Shown: positions 1 through 12,690 of the stretch, one piece after another
How the letters are laid out: each line of letters begins with the position of its first letter
Position numbering within the stretch: the first letter of the stretch is position 1
Source: Neoechinorhynchus agilis
Lineage: Eukaryota > Animalia > Acanthocephala
Direction: 5' to 3'
Assembly: GCA_051530055.1 (NCBI GenBank)
Contig: CM121343.1
Location: forward strand, 7,318,044-7,382,043
Length of the DNA: 64,000 bases
Position numbers and translations under genes: made by a program
The notes under the pieces: generated by a model
Seen by the model: the letters and a program-made list of their open reading frames with translations, nothing else
Told to the model about the DNA's origin: nothing
Database searches by the model: none

Positions 1-165
1 GGTCCACTCCAGAATCAACCGTCACATTCATTTATAGTGACAAAACTCGAGTCTTCATGAGGACCCAAATGTTCATGGTTCCTCTTCCTTGTTTATCAAT
101 AAAACGCGTTATTATTAATCTAATTTCTCCTGAAAGGGATGTTTGACGAAAAACCTTGTTTTTTC
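1..165 (+). mobile_element. 3' terminal segment of the window's main LINE family (3' UTR end)
   Basis: Near-identical to 2416-2535 (ggtccactccagaatcaac...aataaaacgcgttattattaatc...gaaaaaccttgttt), which directly follows an RT C-terminal fragment. Confidence 0.7.
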
Positions 166-357
166 CCAATTCTAAAGTTTAAACTCTTATGGCATAACCG
201 TGGTTTTATGTTTAAATTGAACGTTCATCTGCAATTAGGAACTTTTGCCGGAAAAGTAGTATTGGTTTTAAGAGTAACGTCAAATATGATTTAAAATGTT
301 CTAAGCTTTAGTTGCACAATTTAAGTTGACCTTTGAATTTTTAGATTTGTGGCGACA

Positions 358-1347
358 ATGGCTGACAAAGAAAAAAATCCTTCGGACGTTCTCGGTACCC
401 ACTACTTTAAAGAACGAGCCAGCATCTATTCAGAACTGGAATCATTACTTCCTGCACTGTTGACTGATTCGACGATATTGGACGATATGGATCGTATCGA
501 AGAAAAAGTTTATCGATTGCAGAGTTCATTGAGGAATCAGAGTGTTTCACTTGAGCTCCAACTAAGTAAGCTGAAAAAGCCGGCGCGAACTGAGAAAGTG
601 GTTGAAACTCAGCAACTTGCAAGTACGATTGGGAGCCGTCCTCAAAACCTTGGTCTGACATCTTTGTTCGATTGTACGACTGGTATGCCCAATAGGGATG
701 AGATGCGAGTCTTCGAAACGCCACAGTCGCGTCTTTGGCGCAAACGGCGTGTAACCGAAGCAGCGGCCTCGAAATGCCTTCGACTGCCCGAATCGAACGC
801 AGCTCTACCAATCGACAAATTCTGGCCTGCTCTACGAGCGCATTGGATTACTTCGTATTGCCACGTTCTTGCAGCAATCGAGCAACGTAGAGCACGTAAA
901 TCGCTCGCTCTTGATCCGTTAATTCAATCGGTCGCATTGAAAGAGATACGAAGGTTGCAAGACATTCCTGACCTTTTTGATTCCTCAAGGTCTGAAAAAA
1001 TCACAATGACCATGTTTAGGGAACACACCTTGAACCTATTCGACCGACGTTTTCAGAGCTCCACTTATGCGAAAAACCACCCTAAGACAATCCATAAGAT
1101 GTCTACTACGAGTGACGAATGCGAAAACAATGAACGCACCAACGAACTGATATGCGAAGTTGACCGTTTGACTTCTAAACAGACCCTGATCGAACTAAGG
1201 ATGTTTGAGCGGATAGAGAGGCCCAAGTCAAGACGGTCCGATTTCACGAGAGATCGAAAGCATCTCATCGAACAACTAATCAATCTCAGTTTTCGTAACA
1301 TTTCCTCGTTCCCGAAAAAACAGCCTGACTCACCGATGAACAAGTAA
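358..1347 (+). CDS. Hypothetical protein (~329 aa, N-terminal coiled-coil-like segment); may be one exon of a larger gene
   Basis: Uninterrupted 332-codon frame with protein-like composition. First ATG at 358, preceded by a possible acceptor (tttttag). No family recognised. Confidence 0.6.
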   Translation: MADKEKNPSDVLGTHYFKERASIYSELESLLPALLTDSTILDDMDRIEEKVYRLQSSLRNQSVSLELQLSKLKKPARTEKVVETQQLASTIGSRPQNLGLTSLFDCTTGMPNRDEMRVFETPQSRLWRKRRVTEAAASKCLRLPESNAALPIDKFWPALRAHWITSYCHVLAAIEQRRARKSLALDPLIQSVALKEIRRLQDIPDLFDSSRSEKITMTMFREHTLNLFDRRFQSSTYAKNHPKTIHKMSTTSDECENNERTNELICEVDRLTSKQTLIELRMFERIERPKSRRSDFTRDRKHLIEQLINLSFRNISSFPKKQPDSPMNK

Positions 1348-2109
1348 ACCGGTTTGTTCGTCTCCGTACAAATATCCATACTCAAAATGGCGAAACTATG
1401 CACAGATAAAAAAAAGGTTACTCATTTTACGTTTGTTATTAAATTATGTTTCTCATAATCGAAATATGTAAATTTAAGGAATCAATATAGTGACGGGTGA
1501 CCTTTGGTCATAGCCAATTTATAAAATAGTTATGACTTTTCTCCAAGAATGAGCACCGTCACAAACTCGGACGGAAGTCACTATAGTCGATTCCGATTGA
1601 TCGAACCACATCGGGACGCGATCGCTTTGGTTCGATTAACCGAAATGGACTGTATTTTGGATTTATAGTCATATTAGAACATTCTAAAAATATCACATTT
1701 GAGAGTTCTACTTTAATTCACAAGTAAATGATTGAAGGTATTTACAAAGAATATCCGACCTTTTTCCTGGGGTGTCAATAAAACTAACCTGCAGTTGTAC
1801 TATTGGCGGTTTTCCAGAGCACATCGCTTCATGGCGCTTTATTATAAACAATGCTGTAAAGTATAAAGATTCATCAGTGCTTGACCTGAATCGCATCAAT
1901 TCAACTCCATTTCCCATTAGTTGGAAATGTTAAAGTAAAGGAACGGTTTCCAGGCATATCTTTTTGGCACTCTTAACATTAGGAGATAAATGGGAATCTG
2001 GTGGAAGTTCTCATAGATGATCCAGAATCAACGGAGATTACAATACGACGGATTCCAACAGACTGGGAGTCCGGGGACCGCTGCAACCGTCAATTCTCAC
2101 CGTCGTCTC

Positions 2110-2535
2110 AGCCTCTAAAATTTTGTACAATTGATTTCTTCCCCACTGAATACCTTTATAAGATTTTCATCAAACAATCAACACGCCTCTCAACCCTATC
2201 GCCACCACAATATTTCTCACTTTTCACACGAGCACAACATTCGTAATCCCCATTCATTTCATTTTCTTATACCTCGCACCTCTCTTTACCTCCGCTCCTT
2301 TTTCCATACTGCTCAATCGTCTTGGATATCATAAACCGAGGAAAGACCCACCCTCACAAAGTCCCCTCCAAACAATAACCACAAACTTCCCCACTTGACC
2401 GGATATTCCAACTCGGTCCACTCCAGAATCAACAGTCACATTCATTTATCCTGCCTTGTTTATTAATAAAACGCGTTATTATTAATCTCATTTCTCCTGA
2501 AAGGGATGTTTTGACGAAAAACCTTGTTTTTGCCC
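2110..2535 (+). mobile_element. 5'-truncated LINE copy (ORF2 C-terminus plus 3' UTR)
   Basis: Encodes HEHNIRNPHSFH...PRTSLYLRSFF, matching the C-terminus of the minus-strand copy (3074-3349), followed by the shared 3' UTR. Confidence 0.75.
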
Positions 2536-2548
2536 ATAGATTGGCTGA

Positions 2549-2738
2549 AATTATTGTTTAGGCCTTTATCCGGTAAATAATTTTTTTATTAAAGATATTC
2601 TGTGAACCTCGTCGGGTTAATCATCAGTTTGTTAATTATTAGCGTCTTTTAATAATTAACAAACTGATGATGAATCAGACGAGGTTCACAGAACGTCTTC
2701 AATATACTCTTCATCGGGTGAAGGCCTAAACAAAAATT
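2549..2738. mobile_element. Foldback/MITE-like hairpin element
   Basis: Inner arms ttctgtgaacctcgtc..atcatcagtttgttaattatta / taataattaacaaactgatgat..gacgaggttcacagaa. Outer arms ttgtttaggcctt / aaggcctaaacaa. Confidence 0.65.
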
Positions 2739-2809
2739 ATACTTATCGACACTTAAATTGGCGTCCGTCCCATTTAATACGTCCACTTTAGAATTTTCAT
2801 ACGAATCCG

Positions 2810-5800
2810 AAAAAGATGAATCAGGGTTTCATTATAATAATAACACGTTTTATTTGTTGATGCATAAAGAACACGACCCATGTATCTTTGGGTCGTCATG
2901 AACACTCGAGTTTTGATTGGAAAATGAAACTGGCTATTGATTTTGGAGTGGATTACGAGTCCGGGCGGGTAGCAATATCCGGTCGGGTTGGAAGGTCCGT
3001 TCTGGTAGTAATTGGTGTTTATTGTTTGCAGGAACGCTTGTGAAGTTGGTTTTTCCTCCGGTTCATTTCGGGATTATGATATCCGAGAAGATTTGGCAGC
3101 AAGGAAAAAGGAGCGGAGGTAGAGGGAGGTGCGAGGTAGAGGAGGATGAAATGAATTAGGATTACGAGTGTTGTGCTCGTATGAAAAGAGGGCGATATGT
3201 GAAAGAAATCGTGGTGGTAGGGTTGATAGGCGTTTTGTTTGTTTTAAGAAAATAGTATCAAGGCATTCGGTGAGAGAGGGAAAGTCAGTTGTGCAATTTT
3301 TAGATGCTCTTTTATGAAGAATTTCAAGACGACGGAGGATAGGTTGCAAAATACGGGGTAATCGTAGGTAAGGGATGGTAAGTTAAAGAAGAAGTAAAAT
3401 TTGTAAAGGTCGAGTGTAGAAATTCCTAAATATTGGAGGCGTTTGAGGTGATAAATTTTAAAGGTGTTGTGCTCGACGGAGAGAATGATGTGCGATTCCC
3501 AGTTCAAATTTGATTGAAATTGGATACCCAGAATTCTTAGGGAGGTTACTCGTAGGATGTCATTTAGAAGCTCAGGGGATGATGTGGGGTTGCGGGAGAG
3601 AGGGGATCATTTCAAAGCATTTAGAGAAATTGAGATGGAGTTTGTAATTGGTGCAGAAATCTTTTATGCGTGTGATTTTGTTAGAGGTTAAGGAGTGAGA
3701 GAGGTGGGGTGGTGAATGGGTGATGAGGGTGAGATCGTCGGCATATAAGAAGAGTGAGAGGAGAGAGGTCTGAGGTTGTTTAGAAAAACATTAAAGAGAA
3801 GTGGTAACAGTACAGCACTTTGAGGTACGCCTTTGGTGAGATATAGGTTGATAGAAAAATTAGAACGGCAGTGAATGTATTGTTTGCGATTGTGAAGATA
3901 AGATTCGAGCCATTGGATCTGCCACAAGTTGAGACCAAAATCGGAGCAGGCCCAGAGAAGGAGTGAGTGGTCCACTTAGTCGAAAGCTTTAGATAAATCA
4001 AGTTGAATGAGATGGGTGGCATGGGAGGGATTATTGTAGAGGTTACGCAGAATCGTGTCATAAATGCAAAGTAAGGCAGCGGTTGCAGAAAATCTGAGTC
4101 GGAAGCCAAATTGTAGGGGCGATAACTTTTCGTGGGGAAGTGAAAGGCAAGATTTAAAACATTTTTCGATGATTTTTGAAAGAGCGGGTAGAATGGAAAT
4201 TGGACGGACAGTTTTCAGGCAAGAGGGGTAGATATCATATAAAAAGCTAAGGTTTATAATGCGGGTAAGAGAGTCGATTAGTTCAGGGATGATGCAGCGA
4301 AGAGCCCAGTTTGGGATTTCGGATTGAGAGGACAAATTTTTAGGTAATTTCATGAGATACTTTAGTACTTCATATGATGAAACTGAGGGGAGTATTATCG
4401 AGTTGACAGAAGCTTCAGTTGTGGGCGTAAAAGATTGTGTGGTGACTGAAGTTGATCAGTGATTGTAAACTGAGTCAGGGCAGAGGTTCTGATTCATGGA
4501 ATCTAGAACTTGTTTTAATTCAGTGGAGGTCAAATTAGCGAAGGGATCCGGGTGGTGTATACCAAGAGCGTTTTTGACGGCCCGCCACCATGTTGAGTTG
4601 CCACCTGATCAAATTTTAGAGGAAAGGAAATTTTTGCGGGCGAGAAGTATTTCATTCGTAAATGCCTTTTGTAAACGGGGAGAGTGGGAGTTATTGCGAT
4701 GGGACCTAGAAGCTTGCCTTTGTAAAAGTTTCAGAATGTGGGTTATCCATAGAGGGTCGCGGTTGGAGATTCTAATGAATTTCTTGGGAATTGCCGAAGC
4801 TAGGGAATTCTCTATGATTGAGGTTAGGGAGGACATGTCCAAGGAAGGGCCATTTGTGTTGTTAGAGTGGAATGTGCGAATATTATAGTTGAACAATTTT
4901 ATAAAATTTTGGATATGATGATCACGTTTATCCCAGACGGGTAAACGGAGAGATTTCATACGCTGAGGTGGGGTGGACGGAGTGATGAGGGCAGAGGAAT
5001 GGCCAGAGTTCGCGAGGAGAGGGAGTTTAGAGGCGGATGAGTAGGCGTCGATATTTGTGAACACTTTGTCGAGGTGAGCGTCAAAACGAGTTGGGAAGTC
5101 AATAAATTGAAGCAACTCGGAGAACGGTAGAAGAGGAAATAGATTATTGAAGTCCCCTGCAATTAAGAAATGGTGCGAATTTGTGGAGTTTATGAGCTCC
5201 ATCATAGAGTCAATTTGGAGCAAAGAGGATTCAGGACGAGAGGCCGGAGGGCGATAGACGCCAGCAATGGTGAATTCTCAAAGGCCGTTTCTCAGAGGAG
5301 TTATGAAATGGACTGTGATTAATTCTAGATCGGCGTTTTGTAGAGAGCAGTAAAGTAGCGATTGTCGTACGTAAATTGAGACCCCTGGGCGGTCATCGCG
5401 CTATGTATGGAAGGAAGAGTACCCGGGAAGGATGGCTGAATCGTTGTTGAAGGGGGTAATCCACGTTTCTGTTAAGATGACTACGTCTACTTTTGAGGTA
5501 AATGAAATGAGTGAAATTTCATCTAGTTAAGGAAGGAGGCTACGAGTATTGGAGTAGAAAACGGTGGGAAAGGGAGTTTTGGATTTCGGGAAATGGGGGA
5601 GGGCGGAAGTGAGGGAGATTGGGGTTGCATTGTTCGTTGCGGGTGGTGGGTTAAGGGAGGAATCGTTACGGGATGCCGACAAAGAACGATTGATTAGCCC
5701 AAAGAGAGAAGTTCGGGGGCGACTCCAAAATTTGAGTTGGAATGAGTGAATGGTAATGATAGAAATGAGTTTAGGGTTGGGACTTTGCATGGATCAGCTA

Positions 5801-6040
5801 CGTTTGGTGATTTTGAGTAGGGGTAGAGAGATAATTATTTACTTGATTCGGGAAAAAGAGAGTATTTAATGTGGAAGGGCTGGGTATCTAAAAATGAAAC
5901 GCATTCTCGATATTGTTGGCCATTCCGAACCGATTTTGAATTTAGGCTTAAGACGGTGGCGACCACGTCAAGAGCCTTGGTACCGAGAAGAGTTGCGTGG
6001 ATACGTTGAGTTTGAATACAATTTATACGGCGCATTTTTC
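2810..6040 (-). mobile_element. Degenerate near-full-length L2/CR1-group non-LTR retrotransposon (APE endonuclease + RT, frameshifted)
   Basis: APE motifs (YSNTRSLLP..., LIAGDFN, FPTR..AHLDKVFTN) and RT motifs (RPISILPALSKIIEK, LQFGFR, LDLSKAFD, KGVPQ..L.PLLFNVFLN) split over several frames. Probable ORF1 remnant at 5835-6035; 3' UTR at ~2810-3070. Confidence 0.85.
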
Positions 6041-6699
6041 CATTTATCAGATCAACGAAAACTAGTCTAAGCTTATGAGAATGTTATTTCTCATTAATTT
6101 CGATTTTATGGATTATCACAGTAAACAATTGTTATTGAGAATGTCGGGTTAGGTTTCGAATAGCCAGTAATTGAAGACAATAATAGCAACTTAAACTTGC
6201 TCTGTACAGCCTTTGGCTAGCATTTGAAGATGCTTTTCCATGGACAAAACCTTCATTGCAAGAGAACGATCTTAATCACTCAAAAATCCAACGACTTCGA
6301 GTAATACCTTCCTGTTCCTATGGAAGAGATTAAGGATGAAAATTCAGTCATCTATGGTCCTTGGTGCATTTTTAAGATCTTTATATCTTTAAATCCTACG
6401 ACAACGGTAAATAAGCTAAAATTAAGTACAGCTTTTTTTGTGGTCATATGAAAAAGTCAAAAACAATTAACTTGCGTCTTCTATTAACCTGGGTTCTTTT
6501 TCAAAGGTGAATGCGGTATCTCTTTTGTCAATTTCGATTTCATTTGAGAGGACACTTTTTTCCTATACGAAACACTACTATCTTAAAGTTCTAAAAGCAC
6601 TCAGCGTTAAATTAGCGAGTGGCTTTAAAAATCCAAGAAGGCAGTTTCCATAGGCGGTTACATTTATTCTGTGTCGACGAAAGGCCATTTCCGCGGCTG

Positions 6700-9600
6700 A
6701 TAATTTTTCCTTTTAGGCACACAGGCAACCGATATCTCGGATCAGAGAAGTGATTCAATACTTAAACTCTCCAAAACATACGGTCATGAGTTTTACATGA
6801 ATCCCTCCAGATATTTGGATACCTCCTGAGGAGACGGACTCGTCATTTTGTTTCCTTCCCCTTTCGTTATGAGTCATCGACGCTAATGGATTTTGAGTAC
6901 TTTGACTCTGAAACACAGATTCGGAGCTCAAGTCCACTTCGACACAGCTACGGAATGTACAAACTCTGCCAGTTTTATACCTCGGGGCAAGTACTGAATT
7001 TTCTTATGTCTCCTGGCAAGCCGGTTCAGTTAATTAAGTGAACATCCCTTGCTCGCCATTTTTCCTTTTAGGCATACAGGCAACCGATATTTTGGATCAG
7101 AAAAGTGATTGAATCACTTAAACTCTCCAAAACATACGGTCATGAGTTTTGCATGAATCCCTCCAGACATTTGGATACCTCCTGAGGAGACGAACTCGTC
7201 ATTTTGTTTCCTTCCCCATTCGTTATGAGTCATCGACGCTAATGGATTTTGAACACTTTGACTCTGAAACACAGATTCGGGACTCAAGTCCACTTCGACA
7301 CAGCTACGGAATGTACAAACTCTGCCAGTTTTATACCTCGGGGCAAGTACTGAATTTTCTTATGTCTCCTGGTAAGCCGGTTCAGTTAATTAAGTGAACA
7401 TCCCTTGCTCGGCTTTTTTCCTTTTAGGCATACAGGCAACTGATATTTTGGATCGGAGAAGTGATTGAATCACTTAAACTCTCCAAAACATACGGTCATG
7501 AGTTTTACATGAATCCCTTCAGATATTTGGATACCTCCTGAGGAGACGGACTCGTCATTTTGTTTCCTTCCCCATTCGTTATGAGTCATCGACGCTAATA
7601 GATTTTGAGTACTTTGACTCTGAAACACAGATTCGGGACTCAAGTCCACTTCGACACAGCTACGGAATGTACAAACTCTGCCAGTTTTATACCTTGGCTC
7701 AAAAATTGAATTATCTTTAAGTTTGGCTAAGCCGGTTCAGTTAATTAAGTGAACATCCCTTGCTCGCCTTTTTTCCTTTTAGGCATACAGGCAACTGATA
7801 TTTTGGATCGGAGAAGTGATTGAATCACTTAAACTCTCCAAAACATACGGTCATGAGTTTTACATGAATCCCTCCAGATATTTGGATACCTCCTGAGGAG
7901 ATGGACTCGTCAATTTTGTTTCCTTCCCCATTCGTTATGAGTCATCGACGCTAATGGATTTTGAACACTTTGACTCTGAAACACAGATTCGGGACTCAAG
8001 TCCACTTCGACACAGCTACGGAATGTACAAACTCTGCCAGTTTTATACCTCGGGGCAAGTACTGAATTTTCTTATGTCTCCTGGTAAGCCGGTTCAGTTA
8101 ATTAAGTGAACATCCCTTGCTCGCCTTTTTTCCTTTTAGGCATACAGGCAACCGATATTTTGGATCGGAGAAGTGATTGAATCACTTAAACTCTCCAAAA
8201 CATACGGTCATGAGTTTTACATGAATCCCTCCAGACATTTGGATACCTCCTGAGGAGACGGACTCGTCATTTTGTTTCCTTCCCCATTCGTTATGAGTCA
8301 TCGACGCTAATGGATTTTGAACACTTTGACTCTGAAACACAGATTCGGGACTCAAGTCCACTTCGACACAGCTACGGAATGTACAAACTCTGCCAGTTTT
8401 ATACCTCGGGGCAAGTACTGAATTTTCTTATGTCTCCTGGTAAGCCGGTTCAGTTAATTAAGTGAACATCCCTTGCTCGCCTTTTTCCTTTTAGGCATAC
8501 AGGCAACCGATATTTTGGATCGGAGAAGTGATTGAATCACTTAAACTCTCCAAAACATACGGTCATGAGTTTTACATGAATCCCTCCAGATATTTGGATA
8601 CCTCCTGAGGAGACGGACTCGTCATTTTGTTTCCTTCCCCATTCGTTATGAGTCATCGACGCTAATGGATTTTGAACACTTTGACTCTGAAACACAGATT
8701 CGGGACTCAAGTCCACTTCGACACAGCTACGGAATGTACAAACTCTGCCAGTTTTATACCTCGGGGCAAGTACTGAATTTTCTTATGTCTCCTGGTAAGC
8801 CGGTTCAGTTAATTAAGTGAACATCCCTTGCTCGCCTTTTTCCTTTTAGGCATACAGGCAACCGATATTTTGGATCGGAGAAGTGATTGAATCACTTAAA
8901 CTCTCCAAAACATACGGTCATGAGTTTTACATGAATCCCTCCAGATATTTGGATACCTCCTGAGGAGACGGACTCGTCATTTTGTTTCCTTCCCCTTTCG
9001 TTATGAGTCATCGACGCTAATGGATTTTGAGTACTTTGACTCTGAAACACAGATTCGGGGCTCAAGTCCACTTCGACACAGCTACGGAATGTACAAACTC
9101 TGCCAGTTTTATACCTCGGGGCAAGTACTGAATTTTCTTATGTCTCCTGGCAAGCCGGTTCAGTTAATTAAGTGAACATCCCTTGCTCGGCTTTTTTCCT
9201 TTTAGGCATACAGGCAACCGATATTTTGGATCGGAGAAGTGATTGAATCACTTAAACTCTCCAAAACATACGGTCATGAGTTTTACATGAATCCCTCCAG
9301 ATATTTGGATACCTCCTGAGGAGACGGACTCGTCATTTTGTTTCCTTCCCCATTCGTTATGAGTCATCGACGCTAATGGATTTTGAGTACTTTGACTCTG
9401 AAACACAGATTCGGGACTCAAGTCCACTTCGACACAGCTACGGAATGTACAAACTCTGCCAGTTTTATACCTCGGGGCAAGTACTGAATTTTCTTATGTC
9501 TCCTGGCAAGCCGGTTCAGTTAATTAAGTGAACATCCCTTGCTCGCCTTTTTCCTTTTAGGCATACAGGCAACCGATATTTTGGATCGGAGAAGTGATTG

Positions 9601-10047
9601 AATCACTTAAACTCTCCAAAACATACGGTCATGAGTTTTACATGAATCCCTCCAGACATTTGGATACCTCCTGAGGAGACGGACTCGTCATTTTGTTTCC
9701 TTCCCCATTCGTTATGAGTCATCGACGCTAATGGATTTTGAACACTTTGACTCTGAAACACAGATTCGGGACTCAAGTCCACTTCGACACAGCTACGGAA
9801 TGTACAAACTCTGCCAGTTTTATACCTCGGGGCAAGTACTGAATTTTCTTATGTCTCCTGGTAAGCCGGTTCAGTTAATTAAGTGAACATCCCTTGCTCG
9901 GCTTTTTTCCTTTTAGGCATACAGGCAACTGATATTTTGGATCGGAGAAGTGATTGAATCACTTAAACTCTCCAAAACATACGGTCATGAGTTTTACATG
10001 AATCCCTCCAGATATTTGGATACCTCCTGAGGAGACGGACTCGTCAT
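6700..10047 (+). repeat. Tandem array of a ~356-bp unit, ~9.4 copies
   Basis: The motif ccaaaacatacggtcatgag recurs at 6771, 7127, 7483, 7838, 8195, 8550, 8905, 9261, 9616 and 9972. Units are highly similar. Confidence 0.95.
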
Positions 10048-10249
10048 GATCTTCACCTCTTTTAGCGGTACTGAACATACGAAACGTCTTAAATTCCACA
10101 TCATTCGATCCATTCCGAAATACCGAATGGATTCTCCCAAGCTACGTCGATCAAGCACGGAAGAATCTCTTTTGCGAAGATTGTACGTCGATGATACGAA
10201 AGAAATGTTGACAAACAATAATGCTGATATTTCCAATGTATCGTAAACA

Positions 10250-10591
10250 ATGCAGCCGGCGGCATTTGCTTATCTGGTCGGTCACGTTCATCGAAAATAC
10301 GCGGAGAGCGCTCGTCAATTGCTTGTTAAATGCCTCTACATGAAACTGGATCCAGATCTGATAATGTATTTTAACCAGGCCGAATACATTAAGGTTTTTC
10401 ATGACCGATCGAAAAAAAATGAACCCGAACTGATCGTTGGAGATGTTGTGCTCTTGAGACAAATACCAAGGCTTCAATGTCGTCAGCCAGATGAACGATT
10501 TGAAGTTATTGAAACTTTGTTCAGTGCAGGTCGACATTTGGATCCATTAAGCGGTCTAAAGTACACTTCAACGGTACCAGGCAAGAATTGA
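10250..10591 (+). CDS. MRPS17: Mitochondrial ribosomal protein S17 (uS17m)
   Basis: YLVGHV...MKLDPDLIMYFNQ...VGDVVLLRQIP...EVIETLFSAGRHLDPLSG parallels metazoan MRPS17 (IVGKV...LDPYLLKYFNK...VGDIVLLRALP...GKVIDPVTG), as recalled. Confidence 0.85.
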   Translation: MQPAAFAYLVGHVHRKYAESARQLLVKCLYMKLDPDLIMYFNQAEYIKVFHDRSKKNEPELIVGDVVLLRQIPRLQCRQPDERFEVIETLFSAGRHLDPLSGLKYTSTVPGKN

Positions 10592-10849
10592 TGATGGAAC
10601 ATATTGAAACCTAATATCTCAGATGTTGATTTTTTAATATTATGCGTCCATGGGAAACTTCACAAATTATTATGGCGTGAAACGGAAGCTATTTTCCGTT
10701 ATGTAGGCAAAATTATTAGTTCCTCGGCTCGAACGTTCCGCGGATTGAAATTTCGATTTCGCGAGCCCGTTCCCGCTCGATAGGGTTTCCTTTTGGTAGG
10801 ATTTTACTCGTACAAAGCGATTATCGATACTAATCTATGTCTAGATCGT

Positions 10850-12690
10850 TAAACCTCCTCCTCAATTCAAAACCTCTGCACTGACTCAAATTACAGCCAT
10901 TACCCCATCTCAGACTATAAACAAAACTATAACTCCACAACTGACACTTCTGTCATCTCTTCAATACTCTTAGTTGCGTCATATGAAGTCCTCCAATCAA
11001 CAAATTATCCCGAAATTCGTATCCCAAACTAGTAACTTTTGATGAATTATCCCCGAACTCATCGACCTTCTTAATCTCATTGTAAATCACAGCTTTTTAT
11101 ATGGCATCCACCCCTCATACCTGAGAACTGCTAAAATGATCCATCTTCCGAAAAATGGATATCCGGTTTCCACCGATTCATTTGGTCCAATATCCATTCT
11201 GCACGCTCTTTAAAAAATCATATCGAAAACTTATTAAATCTCGCATTCGTCCACTTCTGAACAACAAATTATCGCACCTACAATTTGGCTTCCGGCCCAA
11301 ATACTCTGCAATAAATGCCCTACTTTGCATTATTGACTCGCTCCTACGAACCCTCGACAATAATCCTTCTCGCGTAATCCGTCTCATCCAAGTGGACTTG
11401 TTGAAAGCAATCGACCTCGTGGACCACTCACTCCTTTTTCCGGGCCTGTTCCAATCTCGATGTAAACTCATGGCAGATCCACTGGCTCGCCTCCTATCTT
11501 CACAATCGCCAACGAAACATTCATTGCAGTGCTACCTCCTCGATTATCGCCCTATCCATTTTCCTAAACGATCTTAAACCTCCATCCTCTCACTCCAATC
11601 TTTTCTTATACGCCGACGACCTCACCCTCATCACCCATTCACCATCCCACCTCTCCTTAACATCTAACGAAATCGCACATATCAAAGATTTCTGCACCAA
11701 TCATAAACTCTACCTGAACTTCTCTAACTACTTCGAGTTGATCCTCTCACTCCCGCAACCCCACATCATCCCCTGAGCTTCCATCCTCCAACATCTCAAC
11801 AAATCATAACTTAATAAAGTACAAAACGTGCAATCACCACCGTCCGCAAAATTGGAGCTTCTCTCCTTCCTCGGCTGTCGCTATCACGTTAGCAGCATTG
11901 CCTCGTTGTACTGCGAGCGAGATATTTTGTCGCAGGAATACACCGTCGTTTCTCTCAATTTCTTCAAGAGATCCTGGAGCAGAGTGCCGAGCTGCCAAGC
12001 ACTCCATACGCCTCTATTCCGAAGGGGACAAAATAGTGAGCCCTCGCTAAATCCCTGCATTTTCGTACCTTCCTCCCTTCCGCTGCACTGGCTGCACCTC
12101 CAGGGATTCCCGAAATTCTTATCCCAAACTAGTAACTTTTGATGAATTATCCCCGAACTCATCGACCTTCTTAATCTCATTGTAAATCACAGCTTTTTAT
12201 ATTGCATCCACCCCTCATACCTGAGAACTGCTGAAATGATCCTTCATGTCGCCTCCCTCTGAATTCTGGGTCTCCAATTTCAATCAAATCTGAAACGGGA
12301 ATCACACATTGCACTTTACCTCAGACGAAATACCTTTAAAATTTACCCCCTAAAACGCAACCGCCATTTGGGAATCTAACCCGCATCTGCCGTTATCCCG
12401 TCTTTTGCAACCTATCACAATCATAAATCCGTCGGCTTGAAGCGTTTCATAAAAGAGCCTCTAAAATTTGCACATTTGATTCTCCCCCTCGCGCTACCAC
12501 CACAATTTTTATCACATTTTATTCCACTTTTAACATGAGCACAACACTCGTAATCCTAATTCATTTCATCCTCCTTTGACCTCGCACCACCCTATACCTT
12601 CGCTCCTTATTCCTTACTACCCAATCCTCCCGGATATCAAGACCTGAAATGAACCTGAGGAAAGACCCAACCTCACAAATTCTCCTGCAA
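10850..12690 (+). mobile_element. Rearranged LINE copy of the same L2/CR1-group family (RT fragments, C-terminus, start of 3' UTR)
   Basis: HLQFGFRPKYSAINALLCIIDSLL...IQVDLLKAIDLVDHSLL and a YADD (tacgccgacgac) motif near 11608. A ~130-bp internal duplication (11010-11140 vs 12110-12243). The 3' UTR motif gaacctgaggaaagaccc lies at ~12650. Confidence 0.8.

Noticed and set aside
1488-1655. Two short imperfect hairpins after the first ORF
   Set aside because: Arms are short and mismatched, with no TSD or second copy seen.
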